DNA from: Octopus sinensis
Taxonomy: Eukaryota
Length of the DNA stretch: 64,000 nucleotides
Reading direction: 5' to 3'
NCBI RefSeq assembly: GCF_006345805.1
Contig: NC_043011.1
Location: 25,990,464 to 26,054,463 of the forward strand
Made by a program: the position numbers and the translations under genes. Shown here one piece after another: positions 13,190 to 25,097 of the stretch (positions within the stretch are counted from its first letter, which is position 1; each line of letters starts with the position of its first letter). The notes below the pieces were generated by a model. The model worked only from the letters and a program-made list of their open reading frames with translations, did not search any database and had not been told where the DNA came from.

Positions 13190-14760
13190 TCTGAGCCTCA
13201 TTTAGAAGTCTACTGGGTGATGTTTTAATGATGGGTTTCTCAAAGCCTGTCATCTTTATTTTGTATTTCTTGTGTGACATGCAAAGTGTCTCATGAATTG
13301 TTTCTATGATGAGAAGTGGTTCTTGTGTGTTTGGATGCTGGTCTTGTTTTTTTTTTGTGGGGGGTGGGTTTCAGATTTTTTTGCTGTAATTGCATTTGTT
13401 CATTTGTTCCTGTTGGCGTAGTTGTAGATTTTTCTGTTATTTTTGTTGTTGTTGTTGTTGTGATTGTGGTGTTGATGGTGATGGTTTCACCCTAACAAAA
13501 CCTTCCTGTGATCGCTCTTTGCTTTAACCCCACCATAAGATGTCGAGAACCAGAAAGATCTGAGACAAAGATTGTGAAACAATCTCTGGGGCCTGCTATT
13601 GGTGCTACCTTTGCTGTTGTCTGCTGCCCACAAAACTCTTCTGCTTTCCTTCCAGCTTTTACTATCAAATATGTTGCATTTCCGTTTTCCACATGTGTAG
13701 CAACTGAAATTTAGGTCTATTTCCTCCTTGTTTATCCTTGATGAAGTTGGGCAAGGAAGCACTATCTTTTGTAACATATTTCATCTACTGTTTTCCCTTT
13801 TCTCAGAACTGACTCAAACTGAATCACTTCCTTTTTCCAACAACATTAGCAAATATTATATAGTTTATGATACTGTTTGATTTCTCTCTATTGGTGCACT
13901 AATTGAGACCACTTACTACTTCTTGTAGGTTAATACCATATCTTAGTGCTTCGTTAGCACTCGTTGCTGAAGACAAAATGATTTTACTCTGACTATCGAG
14001 TTAGTTATAACAGTTGATTCTTTGGAAACAGTCTCTGGGTCCTCTTGTTATTCCCCACCACTCTCTTTCCCCTTCTCTTTTTCCTTCCTTTTCTGGGAAA
14101 AAAATTACTGAAGTGGATCTTACTCCCACATGAATAGCATATGAGCATCAGATTGACCACCTCCTCTGCTCCCGCAAAAGGTACACCTCTGGAATATCAT
14201 TGTGATTTTCAGAGTTATTAGAACTTGCAGGTCACACCTAACCAGATGTTGCATGCCACTTCTCTACTTGTCACCTGTCCTTACTGCCACACAAAAGTGA
14301 CAAAGAACCATGTGTCAATATCAAATATCCTTGTGATTTTTGAAATTTTCAGAACTTGCAGGTCATACCTAACCAGATGCTGTATGCACCTCTCTGCTTG
14401 TCACCTGTCCTTACTGCCACACTAAAGTAACAAAAAATCATGTCTCAATATCGATACCAGTATCTCTGACCATAACTACTGTTTCATCTCCTCATATAGT
14501 GCAGCCTGTGAGTGGGTGTGGTACACCAGCACTGCCTAATTTTCACCTTGCTCTTCATCTAAAAAGACCAAGCATCCAGTTCCATATACGCTCCTCTAGT
14601 AAATGGAGCACATATCATGTCACACATTGGTCAGAGCTTCTAACTCTTCCATTGCACCTTCTGCCTCTAGCCCAGATGAATTCCTTAGGAAAGGAGGTAC
14701 TGGTTTTTGTCACTCAAGTTTCCTTTTCTTTGAGCTAGCTCAAATCAAGTTGCACCTCTT
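13190..14760 (-). mobile_element. possible heavily decayed LINE 5' region (ORF1/endonuclease-like); contains 131-bp tandem duplication 14200-14460
   Basis: Minus fragments LNFSCYTCGKRKC and LLIIETIHETLCMSHKKYKIKMTGFEKP loosely resemble a knuckle and an APE start; the duplication itself is directly visible. Confidence 0.25.
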
Positions 14761-14844
14761 TTCCACAAGTTAGAAAATATTTTGAGCTTTTTTATTTAAA
14801 TTATTTTTACTCTCCAATCTTTTTTTTTTATGTCCTCTATTGTG

Positions 14845-15256
14845 CAGGTATATGTGCCATACTTTTATGAGTCTGAATAACAGTTTGGCATGCTTGTTTA
14901 TGTTAGAACAACCATTGCTCCTGGAAGCACTTCTAACTGTCACTACTGAGTCAGCCATTTTGCAATGTATAAATTTTGCAAAATCAAAAGAAAAAAAAAA
15001 GAGTTTAAGCAGTATCAAAATGTGCAATAACAGACATATCCTCCACTCCAAGTAATGAAGATAGACGTCCAATTGTTCCAAAGTCTCTTGTTAACAAAAT
15101 GAAATAATAAAAAAAAGAGCCTTATTTCCATTAAGTAAACTACGACAAATCCAATTTTCTCTGGAACTCTGTTATAGATGTCACCTCAGTACAAACAGCA
15201 ATGGCAGTAACAAAAATAACAACAATAAGTAAATAAATAATAATAAATAATAATAA

Positions 15257-15287
<31 letters not shown>

Positions 15288-15318
15288 AATAAGAAGAAGA
15301 AGAAGAAGAAGAAGAATG

Positions 15319-15372
<54 letters not shown>

Positions 15373-15401
15373 GAAGAAGAAGAAGAAGAAGAAGAAGAAT
15401 G

Positions 15402-15454
<53 letters not shown>

Positions 15455-17560
15455 TCAGTACAGAATGTTACAGGATCTATCAGGATGTACGTACGTATGC
15501 ACATATGCACATACGCACATATGCACATATATACATACATACATACATACATACATACATACATACATACGTACGTAAATATATATAACAAAAGGTAGCA
15601 GAAATGTAATACCGTGCATTACTACATGGAAAAACTTGAAAAATACAAATAAATACAGATGATACCATCATCATTATCTTCATCAACATGATCATTTAAA
15701 GTCCATTTCACATGCTGACATGGGTTGGACAGCTTGACAGGAGCTGGCAATGCCAGGAACCACACAAGACTCCATTGTCTGTTTTGACATGGTTTCTATT
15801 GCTGAATGCTCTTCCTAATGCCAACCAGTTTACAGAGTGTTCTGGATGCTTTTTTTTCACATGGCTGCGGCACCGTCACTGAGAGGATCACCAAATACTT
15901 TGCAAGACAAAAACTTTTCAACTGGGAGTAGGGAATAGCATTGGTGGAAGGGGAGCTTTGTGACAGTTGAAAGATTAAAGGTATAGGTCAGTGGTTCTCA
16001 ACCATTTTTTTCTTATGGGCCCCTTTGATTCCCATTTTACTTGAATGGACCTCCATAGCCATTCGATGTTTGAAAAGTCCTATTGTATTTTTATAGTCAA
16101 ATATTATTAAGAGCTATATAAAAGTTGTTAAAATATTTTGTGTGTTGTGGATGTATAACCATTATATTTTCATAAACTTTACTGGTCTGAAGCACAATTT
16201 TTTTGTGGCTCATGAAAAATAACCATGGGTCCCCAATTTACTATTTTGCATCTGTTGACCCCCAAAAATCTTATATGGACCCCGGTTGAGAACCCCCAGT
16301 ATAGGTGAGCAGAAATAGGTATCTTGCTGTAGAGTAGACACATGGATATCCTAGTTGGAAAAGAAACAAGAGTGAATTAGAGAGTAAAATAAAGAGAGCA
16401 GGTGAAGTAAGAGAGTAAGATAAAGAGAACAACAGTAAGAGAGATGGTGGTGAAGATGTGTTGGGACATGTCCTCGAAGGTCATTATAGGGATGGGGTTA
16501 GAAGAAGTGAGGTGACAGAGGTTTGGACTGGGTGAACGGAAAGGATAGAGATGACTGTAGCAAATGGTAGCGAGAAATATAGAAGCAGCTCAGTGGGGGT
16601 AGATATGTTAGGGCATTGAGGGTGATAGCAGATAAACGAGGTGTAAAGGATGAAGAACAGCACTAAGGAGAGAAGGTACAGAAAGGAGATGATTGGTGGA
16701 GACAGTAGGCAGGGGAAGACAATGGGAAATGGAAGTGTTTGGGGGTGGGGTAGAGAAAGGTAACTGAGAAAGCAGAGGGATGAAGCAAGTGCCTATTCTG
16801 CACTCAGGTGAGAGAAGTGATGGATGTCCTAGTTTAAAAGCAGCAGACACACAAATGTTCCAAAATCCTTTGTTAACAAAATGAAACAGAAAAATTACTC
16901 TTGCTATAAAGTAAACCACAATAAATCCAATTGTTCTAGAAAAAAACATCCACAAGTCTGCAATACCCAAATTGATTTTCATCAATGCAAACAGTTACCT
17001 AAAGAATATCATAACACTTCCATAGCACTAGTTCTCGGTAGAAAGTTAACATAGAAGTCCTATCAAATTGCTCAACTAATAAAATGCAGTAAGTATCAGA
17101 CAAATTTCAGACACCAGGATCCCAGTCTTGATCTTTGCATGCCCCACAACTGCAGATCCATTAAAGAGACAACCAGTGGAAAAACATGCCTCATAAATGT
17201 AATAACGTCCACTGGCTGTTCAAAGAATCTCTGCTATTAGACATAATCTCAGCAAGTGTCTGCACATCTTCATGGCACATCAACCATAGCTACTGATGGC
17301 ACCAGACATATCACTTGACAAGTGGGTTATGCCTTTTCCACGAAAAGATGCTCAAACACAGTCAATTGGAAACTCAAACAATTTATTAGTCATTTATTAA
17401 AGTCCTTTTTTTGTTTCATAATGAATACAAAAAGAGTTACATCCAATTTTTTGCTGTGGACAGATGTAATCTCTGAAGAGAATTCCAATCGGGCACAAAA
17501 CCATTCAGGACAATCTGTCTTTTTCTGTCCACTGAGAAATTCGACTTTTATTTATATGTG
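14845..17560 (+). mobile_element. fragmented hAT (Charlie/SPIN-like) transposase fossil
   Basis: Stop-ridden segments YFYESE*QFGMLVYVRTTIAPGSTSNCHY*VSH, ETTSGK and STIATDG resemble hAT N-terminal zinc finger, GTT.GEDI and SI.TDGA motifs; interrupted by microsatellite, family C and a MITE. Confidence 0.35.
15989..16298. mobile_element. hAT-type MITE with 8-bp TSD
   Basis: TIR CAGTGGTTCTCAACC / GGTTGAGAACCCCCA; GTATAGGT at 15981-15988 and 16299-16306. Confidence 0.85.
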
Positions 17561-17854
17561 TGCAATATATTTGAGTACACTTTGTAAGTTCTGTAGTAGA
17601 TAAATAAGGACAGCAAATTAACTAATCACCATCACTGCTACAAATAGTATATGCAGTTCTGTGTCAATAAAGTAGCCTTTGAGTCAACAGTACATAACTT
17701 TCTACCTCTAGTGACCTCTTTTGATTGACATATTTATTTTGACGGTATGTAAGATGTTCTTTGTTTCCAAACATTTGTCTCAAAAGTCACCCAATGTCAT
17801 CTATGCAAAGTTGTGAGTGGATTTGGGAGACAGAAACTCAGAGAATCCCTTTCA

Positions 17855-18040
17855 TCATCATCATCATCGTTTAACATCCGCTTTCCATGCTAGCATGGGT
17901 TGGACGGTTCAAGTGGGGTCTGGGAAGCCAGAAGGCTGCACCAGGCCCAGTCTGATCTGGCAGCATTTCTACAGCTGGATGCCCTTCCTAATGCCAACCA
18001 CTCCGTGAGTGTAGTGGGTGCTTTTTACGTGCCACCGGCA
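17855..18040 (-). mobile_element. retroposon family C
   Basis: (CAT)n plus CGTTTAACATCCGCTTTCCATGCTAGC. Confidence 0.8.
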
Positions 18041-18323
18041 CATTATATATATATATATATTGTGATATCATATATATATATATATTGCGAGATCATGGGT
18101 TCGACTTCCAGGACTGGGTGTTGCATTGTGTTCACGCTGTTCTGCCATCATTTCATCATCTGGTATGTGACACACAGTTCACCTGTATAGGTAACATCGA
18201 TTTGATGGAGGGAGTGAGCTCTTGTGTACACAAACATTTGATCACTATAAACAAATCATCTGTGGTTGTTCAGCAAGAAATTGCTGAACCCATCATACAT
18301 TGTCTAATGACAGGAGAGTCTAT

Positions 18324-18358
<35 letters not shown>

Positions 18359-18636
18359 TGTTGAGACCATTAAGAAACAATTATGAACTTGAAATTTACA
18401 GCTATTATACCTACTACCGACAAAACACCACCACATGGATTCTGTTGAGACCAGTAAGAAACAATTATGAACTTTTCTATTACACTTAACTTTTTAAAAT
18501 ATTTTTGATAAGGTTCGTTTTTTCAAGAACCAAAACATGTAAAATTTCTAAGAAAATTAAAATTTATTTAATATAGTGGCGTTTTCAAACTTCTTTTTTA
18601 CAAATATATACTCACTCGTATATGATCTACACTTAT

Positions 18637-18730
<94 letters not shown>

Positions 18731-19643
18731 TATATATATGTATATATATTTATATGTATATATGTATATATACATACATATACATGTGTGTGTGTGTCTT
18801 TGTGTCTGTGCTTGTCCCCCACCACTGCTTGACAACTGGTATTAATATGTTTATATCCCTGTAACTTAGCAGTTCAGCAAAAGACACTGATAAAATAAGT
18901 ACTAGGCTTAAAAAAATAAGTCTTAATATCAATTTGTTTGACTAAAACCCTTGAAGGCGATGCACTCAATTTGTTTGACTAAAACTCTTGAAGGCGATGC
19001 ACCAGCATGGCCACAATCAAATGACTGAAACAAGTAAAAGATTAAAAAAAAAAAAGATTAAGTGTTTTCCACTATAGCCAAGGTGCTTTTGCAATATTTT
19101 GTAATGTACTGCTAGATTTGTTTTAGACATTATATGCTTTAATGCACTACCAACTTTGTTTTTTATCCTGAATATTCTCTGCTGAAATTGGAGTGCATCT
19201 AAAATACCCATGTGTCTTTTGTGCCATCAAATATGACAAATGAATTTTGCCGTGAACCTCAGGTTTTTGAAAGGTTTGTTCACTCGATAAATTAATTTTT
19301 ATTAAATAACTACAAACTGATTTTCTCAGTTGTATCAATCACCTGAAAGATATATGTAACTGAGTAATTATACATCAACATTGTTTAACATCCACTTTTC
19401 TATGCTTACATGAGTTAGAATCTGTTAAGGCAGATTTTCAACAGCTGGATGCCCTTCTTGACACAACCCTAACCTGTTTCCAAGTAAGGTAATATTTCTC
19501 CATGGCTAGACGTGTTTTCTTTTCATGGAAAACAGGAAATGAACAACCAAGCTTGTATGATGGTAATGCTCATTTACAATCATCATGTGATGTCAAAACA
19601 AGGGTGCACATAAACACACACAAATACACATGCAGAAGCATAA

Positions 19644-19700
<57 letters not shown>

Positions 19701-19919
19701 ATATATATATATGTATATATATATGTATATATATATATATATAGATAAGAAAGTTTGTTTGAGAAAGCACGTGGGTGAATATATAAGAAAATAGTAAAGA
19801 GTGAAAAAACGACAGAAGCTTAAATGTTAAAGAATATATATATTTGCGTCAAAATGTCTGGAGAATATTGGAAAAAATTTTTTTCCCCTCCTTATAATGA
19901 CATAATTTTATAATTTTTA

Positions 19920-19958
19920 AAGAAAGACCGGTTTCGCAGTTAGCTCTTCAAATTTCTT
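19920..19958 (-). ncRNA. degenerate minimal hammerhead ribozyme motif
   Basis: Minus strand AAGAAA-T-TTGAAGA-GC taact GC-GAAA-CCGG-TC-TTTCTT; palindromic stem III ACCGGT, GUC site; C3 substituted and stem II only 2 bp. Confidence 0.5.
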
Positions 19959-20002
19959 GTGACTTAATGTTTATCTTTACTAGCGTTATCCTTGTATTTT
20001 TG

Positions 20003-20045
<43 letters not shown>

Positions 20046-20077
20046 GTATATAATATATGTATATATATATATATATG

Positions 20078-20126
<49 letters not shown>

Positions 20127-20168
20127 TATATATATATAGTGTGTGTGTGTGGTGTGTGTGTGTGTGTG

Positions 20169-20267
<99 letters not shown>

Positions 20268-20306
20268 GTATATATGTATATATATATATATGTATATATA
20301 TATATG

Positions 20307-20341
<35 letters not shown>

Positions 20342-20434
20342 AAATATTATTAGAGACAAAACCACTATTTTGCAAAACAAACAAGGAAAGACTTAATCAA
20401 TACATAAAATTTTAATAAATAGTCAAAAAAACCG

Positions 20435-20477
20435 CCACTACAATTGTTTCTTGTCTTGATCGACAATCTTCAGGTGG
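20435..20477 (-). ncRNA. minimal type I hammerhead ribozyme (inverted copy)
   Basis: Exact reverse complement of the 20532-20574 motif. Confidence 0.8.
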
Positions 20478-20531
20478 ACTTCCAATAAGTCAGTTTCAAA
20501 TTATGAAGTTTGAAACTGACTTATTGGAAGT

Positions 20532-20574
20532 CCACCTGAAGATTGTCGATCAAGACAAGAAACAATTGTAGTGG
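20532..20574 (+). ncRNA. minimal type I hammerhead ribozyme
   Basis: CCAC-CTGAAGA-TTGTC gatcaa GACAA-GAAA-CAATTG-TA-GTGG: stem I 4 bp, stem II 5 bp, palindromic stem III ACAATTGT, GUA site after 20570. Confidence 0.85.
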
Positions 20575-20749
20575 CGGTTTTTTTGACTATTTATTAAAAT
20601 TTTATGTATTGATTAAGTCTTTCCTTGTTTGTTTTGCAAAATAGTGGTTTTGTCTCTAATAATATTTTATAATATTTTACTATAAAATTGGATTTAATCC
20701 TAAATCTGATTTTTTCCCTGTAAATTTGGATTTATTCCCTAATATTTAT

Positions 20750-20783
<34 letters not shown>

Positions 20784-20984
20784 TACATATATGTATATAT
20801 ATATTTGTATGTATGAATATGTGTGATATTAGTAAGGGCATCCTGTCATAGAAAATGAAGCCTAATGCAGCCCCTGGCCTTGACAGCTCAGATACAACTG
20901 TCCAACCAATACCAGCATGGAAAACAGACGTTAAATGATGATGATGATGATGCCGATGACAATGATGACAACGACGACGACCAC

Positions 20985-21023
<39 letters not shown>

Positions 21024-21044
21024 ACATTCTCCTACTGGTGCAGA

Positions 21045-21640
21045 CATGGTTGTGTGGTAAGAAACTTGTTTCCTGACCACATGATTCCAGGTTCAGTTCC
21101 ATTGTATGGCACCTTGGGCAAGTGTCTTGTACTATAGCTTCGGACCGACCAAAGCCTTGTAAGTGGCTTTGGTAGACAGAAATTGAAAGAAGCCCATCAT
21201 ATATTTATATATATATCTAAATATTTATGTGTGTGTGTCTGTGTCTGTGTTTGTCCCATCCCACCACCACCATCACTTGACAACTGATGTTGGTGTGTTT
21301 ACATCCCCATAACTTAATGGTTTGGCAAAAGAAACCGATAGAATAAGTACTTGGCTTACAAAAAATAAGTCCTGGGGTCAATTTCTTTGACTAAAAAAAC
21401 CCTTCAAAGTGATGCTTCAGCATGGGCACAGTCAAATGACTGAAACAAGTAAAAGAATAAAACAAGATATATATAGGCGCAGGAGTGCCTGTGTGGTAAG
21501 TAGCTTGCTAACCAACTACATGGTTCCGGGTTCAGTCCCACTGCGCGGCATCTTGGGCAAGTGTCTTCTGCTATAGCCCCAGGCCAACCAATGCCTTGTG
21601 AGTAGATTTGGTAGACGGAAACTGAAAGAAGCCTGTCGTA

Positions 21641-21699
<59 letters not shown>

Positions 21700-21895
21700 T
21701 TGTCCCCCTAGCATTGCTTGACAACCGATGCTGGTGTGTTTATGTCCCCATCACTTAGCGGTTCGGCAAAAGGGACCGATAGAATAAGTACTGGGCTTAC
21801 AAGGAATAAGTCCCGGGGTCGATTTGCTCGACTAAAGGGGTTGCTCCAGCATGGCCGCAGTCAAATGACTGAAACAAGTAAAAGAGTAAAAGAGT
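21045..21895 (+). mobile_element. two tandem SINE family A copies (21045-21460, 21476-21895)
   Basis: Two complete head-to-tail units. Confidence 0.85.
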
Positions 21896-21896
21896 A

Positions 21897-21970
<74 letters not shown>

Positions 21971-22193
21971 AATTTGACATGGGCAATTCTTTCTTGTCTT
22001 CGGATTCACAGTCAAACGGCTGGGTGGAATTGCATGAAAAGTTACACAGATGTGAAGAATGATCCGGTGGTGTTGCTGGGTTTTGCCTTTTTTTCATAGC
22101 TCCCGTGGTTACCAAGATAATCTACTATAATAATACTCTTGTGTTTATGAATGAGAAAGGAAAGGAAGGGGTGATAGAGGAATAAGGAATGAA

Positions 22194-22609
22194 GGGGTGA
22201 TGTCATACTTGGTCGTAGGATGATGAAAATTGTACGCTGAAAAAAATTAATCAAACAGCGTTTCAACTCTGTGTGAATATATGTGCGTGTATGTAAAAAT
22301 GGGGGTATGTGAATGTGTATGTATGTGTGTGTGCGTGTTTGTGTGTGCGTGTGTGTGTGTGTGCATGTGCACGCAATGGAAGTGGGATGATTCATCTTCG
22401 TTCACTTAGTATTTGGGTTTATTTTTTGATTTGGTTGAATCTTGGTTGGTTTTTTTGTTGGTTAGTTATTTTTAGCGTTTGACAGATAAAAGTCATTCTA
22501 AAATTGTTTTTTAACATAAGCATGCCCAAACAAGTCGAAAGCCTACACAGAGCAGGTTTTACAGCCATATCATCCAAACCGAGTAGGTGAAACCAGGCTT
22601 AGCTGCTAG
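22194..22609 (+). mobile_element. non-autonomous Helitron-like element, 3' part
   Basis: Ends GCTGCTAG followed by T; about 400 bp shared with 36416-36832, which ends at the same CTAG/T. Confidence 0.6.
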
Positions 22610-22641
<32 letters not shown>

Positions 22642-23063
22642 TGTATGTATGTATGTATGTATGTGTATGTGTGTATGTATGTGTATGTGTGTATGTATAT
22701 ATATATGTATATGTGTATATATATGTGTGTGCGTGTATGTGTGTGTATGTGTGTGTATATGTATATGCATAAATGTATGTATGTATGTATGTATAGAATA
22801 TGAGGGGTTTAGTTCACTGGTAATCTAAACGTACAAGTACACTGTGTAAATGCTATAATTGGTCATCCGTTAAGTTCCTAATTCACAGTTGAGACTGGAG
22901 CTAGGGAGCCATAGTAGACTTCCGAATTAGAGGAAAAAGGATGACAAAACCAAAGCAGGACATGCATCTCAGGTAATTTAGAATATTTAAGTAGAGTAAG
23001 GTGAATTTGAAGTAATTAATTAGTAAATTAGTTAGTCAATTAATCAATTAATTAATTATTGGA

Positions 23064-23141
23064 TGTCCTACAGCTGTTTCTGGGATATCCCAAGTGATAG
23101 GTTAGCATCACCATACACAGGGTATTCCGTCATCAGAGACA
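23064..23141 (-). ncRNA. type I hammerhead ribozyme (inverted arm)
   Basis: TGTCT-CTGATGA-long stem II-GAAA-CAGCTG-TA-GGACA; first stem II pair is a C/A mismatch in this copy. Confidence 0.75.
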
Positions 23142-23457
23142 AGGTGAGTAGGTAGGAAAGTTCTAGAGAATTCACAATGTTTAAAGGAATAAAATAGTTG
23201 ATAGAAGAATAAAGAGTCAAAACAGTAGATAGAAGAATACAGATAGGAGAATAAAGTTCACAGCTCATCTTCTTCCACATGGACCATTTTCATGTTAGCC
23301 AACCACTTAATCTATTCCTTCAATATGAATGCAGTATTCAAAATACTGCCTGGATTTACCTGGAATTATACTTAAGGACCTATACCTTTATGGAAGTACA
23401 AACCAGCCTCCTTACCCTCTTCAAGAAGATGAGCTGTGAATTTTATTCTCCTGTTTG

Positions 23458-23745
23458 TATTCTTCAATCTACTGTCTTACTCTTTATTCTTCAATCTACT
23501 GTCTTACTCTTTATTCTTCAATCTACTGTTTTACTCTTTATTCTTCAATCTACTGTCTTACTCTTTATTCTTCAATCTACTGTCTTACTCTTTATTCTTC
23601 AATCTACTGCCTTACTCTTTATTCTTCAATCTACTGTCTTACTCTTTATTCTTCAATCTACTGTCTTACTCTTTATTCTTCAATCTACTGTCTTACTCTT
23701 TATTCTTCAATCTACTGTCTTACTCTTTATTCTTCTATCTACTAT
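23458..23745 (+). repeat. 27-bp minisatellite, 10 full units plus a partial
   Basis: Unit TATTCTTCAATCTACTGTCTTACTCTT starting 23458, period 27, no spacers. Confidence 0.95.
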
Positions 23746-23801
23746 TTTATTCTTTTATATACTTTGAATTCTCTGTCTAGAATTTACCTACATACTCACC
23801 T

Positions 23802-23879
23802 TGTCTCTGATGATGGAATACCCAGTGATTGGCGATGCTAACCTATCACTTGGGATATCCCAGAAACAGCTGTAAGACA
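23802..23879 (+). ncRNA. type I hammerhead ribozyme
   Basis: TGTCT-CTGATGA(23807-23813)-extended stem II TGGAATACCCAGTGAT...ATCACTTGGGATATCCCA-GAAA-CAGCTG-TA-AGACA; palindromic stem III ACAGCTGT, GUA site after 23874. Confidence 0.88.
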
Positions 23880-23995
23880 TCCAATAATTAATTAATTGCT
23901 TCAAATTCATCATACTCTAATTAAATATTCTAAATGACTTGAGGCACTCATCCTGCCTTGGTTTTGTTATCATTTTTCCTCTAACATATATATAT

Positions 23996-24076
<81 letters not shown>

Positions 24077-24185
24077 CACACTAAAATATATATATATACA
24101 AAAATTTTTAATATTCAGATTTTTTTTAAATATGCTGGGCCACTGGTTTTAATTGATTAATATCAATTTCTACCCTTATTTAATT

Positions 24186-24218
<33 letters not shown>

Positions 24219-25097
24219 AATTAAAGACTATTTGCCAACATAATGTGACAGTCCTGGACGGGATGAATATTACTGTTGTTTAGCCCCAGGAAACAATGTT
24301 TCCAGCTCGCTATATGACACAATATCTGTGTCCTTATATTTTTAAACAGAGGAGCTCAGCACCCCTATCTAGCACAATGCAACATCTGTGGACCGATTTC
24401 TGGGTTATTGCCCTTTATGAGCACAGAGTAGCTGCTTGACCAGATGGCACTGCTGGATTCCCATTTGAAAATTTATAATTTTCAAAGTGACACACGTTCA
24501 TTGATCTACTAAATAAAAACATTATTATTTCTAAATCTACTATCATTATATATATAAATAAATAATGATGCAATATTTCTAAATCTCTCTCTCTATATAT
24601 ATATCCTTTTTGTATCTCTCCCTAGACACAACTAATATATATATATATACACACACACATATGACAGGCTTGTTTCAGTTTCCATCTACCAAATCCCCTC
24701 ACAAGCCATAGGTTGGCCCAGATCTATAATAGAAAACACTTATCCAAAGTGCCAACTCAAGACCACGTTACTTGGAAGCAAGCTTTTAACAACACAACTT
24801 ACAGACCCCAAGTAGAATCTTTATAGCCCACTCAAAGAAACAGCAACCAAAGCACTCTCAAATCACACTTAACCATCTTTAAAAAAAAAAGAGGGACACA
24901 TGAAACAATGTAGACCTAACTAAACAAATAGACTGAATGTCATTGGCCGGAAAGACTTTGATCGCATTTTTGTTCGGCTAAATTATCATGGCAACAGATT
25001 GTGTAGTTGCATCATAGAAGTTATAACACACCACCTCTGGATTCTCTAGTACAAAAAAAAGAAAGAAAAAGAAAAGAAAAGAAATGGACCTACATAC

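Larger units (their letters stand above)
20338..20671. repeat. perfect 163-bp inverted repeat with 8-nt loop, embedded in (TA)n
   Basis: 20338-20500 is the reverse complement of 20509-20671 at every position checked; loop TTATGAAG. Confidence 0.95.
22800..23990. mobile_element. Penelope-like element remnant with inverted terminal arm (fold-back)
   Basis: About 22935-23275 is the reverse complement of about 23421-23990; spacer translates MLANHLIYSFNMNAVFKIL and LWKYKPASL, weakly like a GIY-YIG C-terminus; each arm carries a hammerhead. Confidence 0.7.

Noticed and set aside
16608-16985. GPCR-like ORF (INLGIADLW...)
   Set aside because: It is the antisense of the hAT-like fossil fused to a retroposon; no further transmembrane exons found
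17441-17531. Phase-compatible downstream exon of the orphan gene (GQKKTDCPEWFCARLEF...) or CR1 RT remnant
   Set aside because: Acceptor is weak, and the opposite strand carries collinear hAT-like motifs that explain the region better; only RNA-seq could rescue it
23279-23841. ORFs of 114-162 aa with ILQSTVLLF or similar repeats, and possible CRISPR-like array
   Set aside because: Produced by the 27-bp minisatellite; units are contiguous with no unique spacers, and the context is eukaryotic
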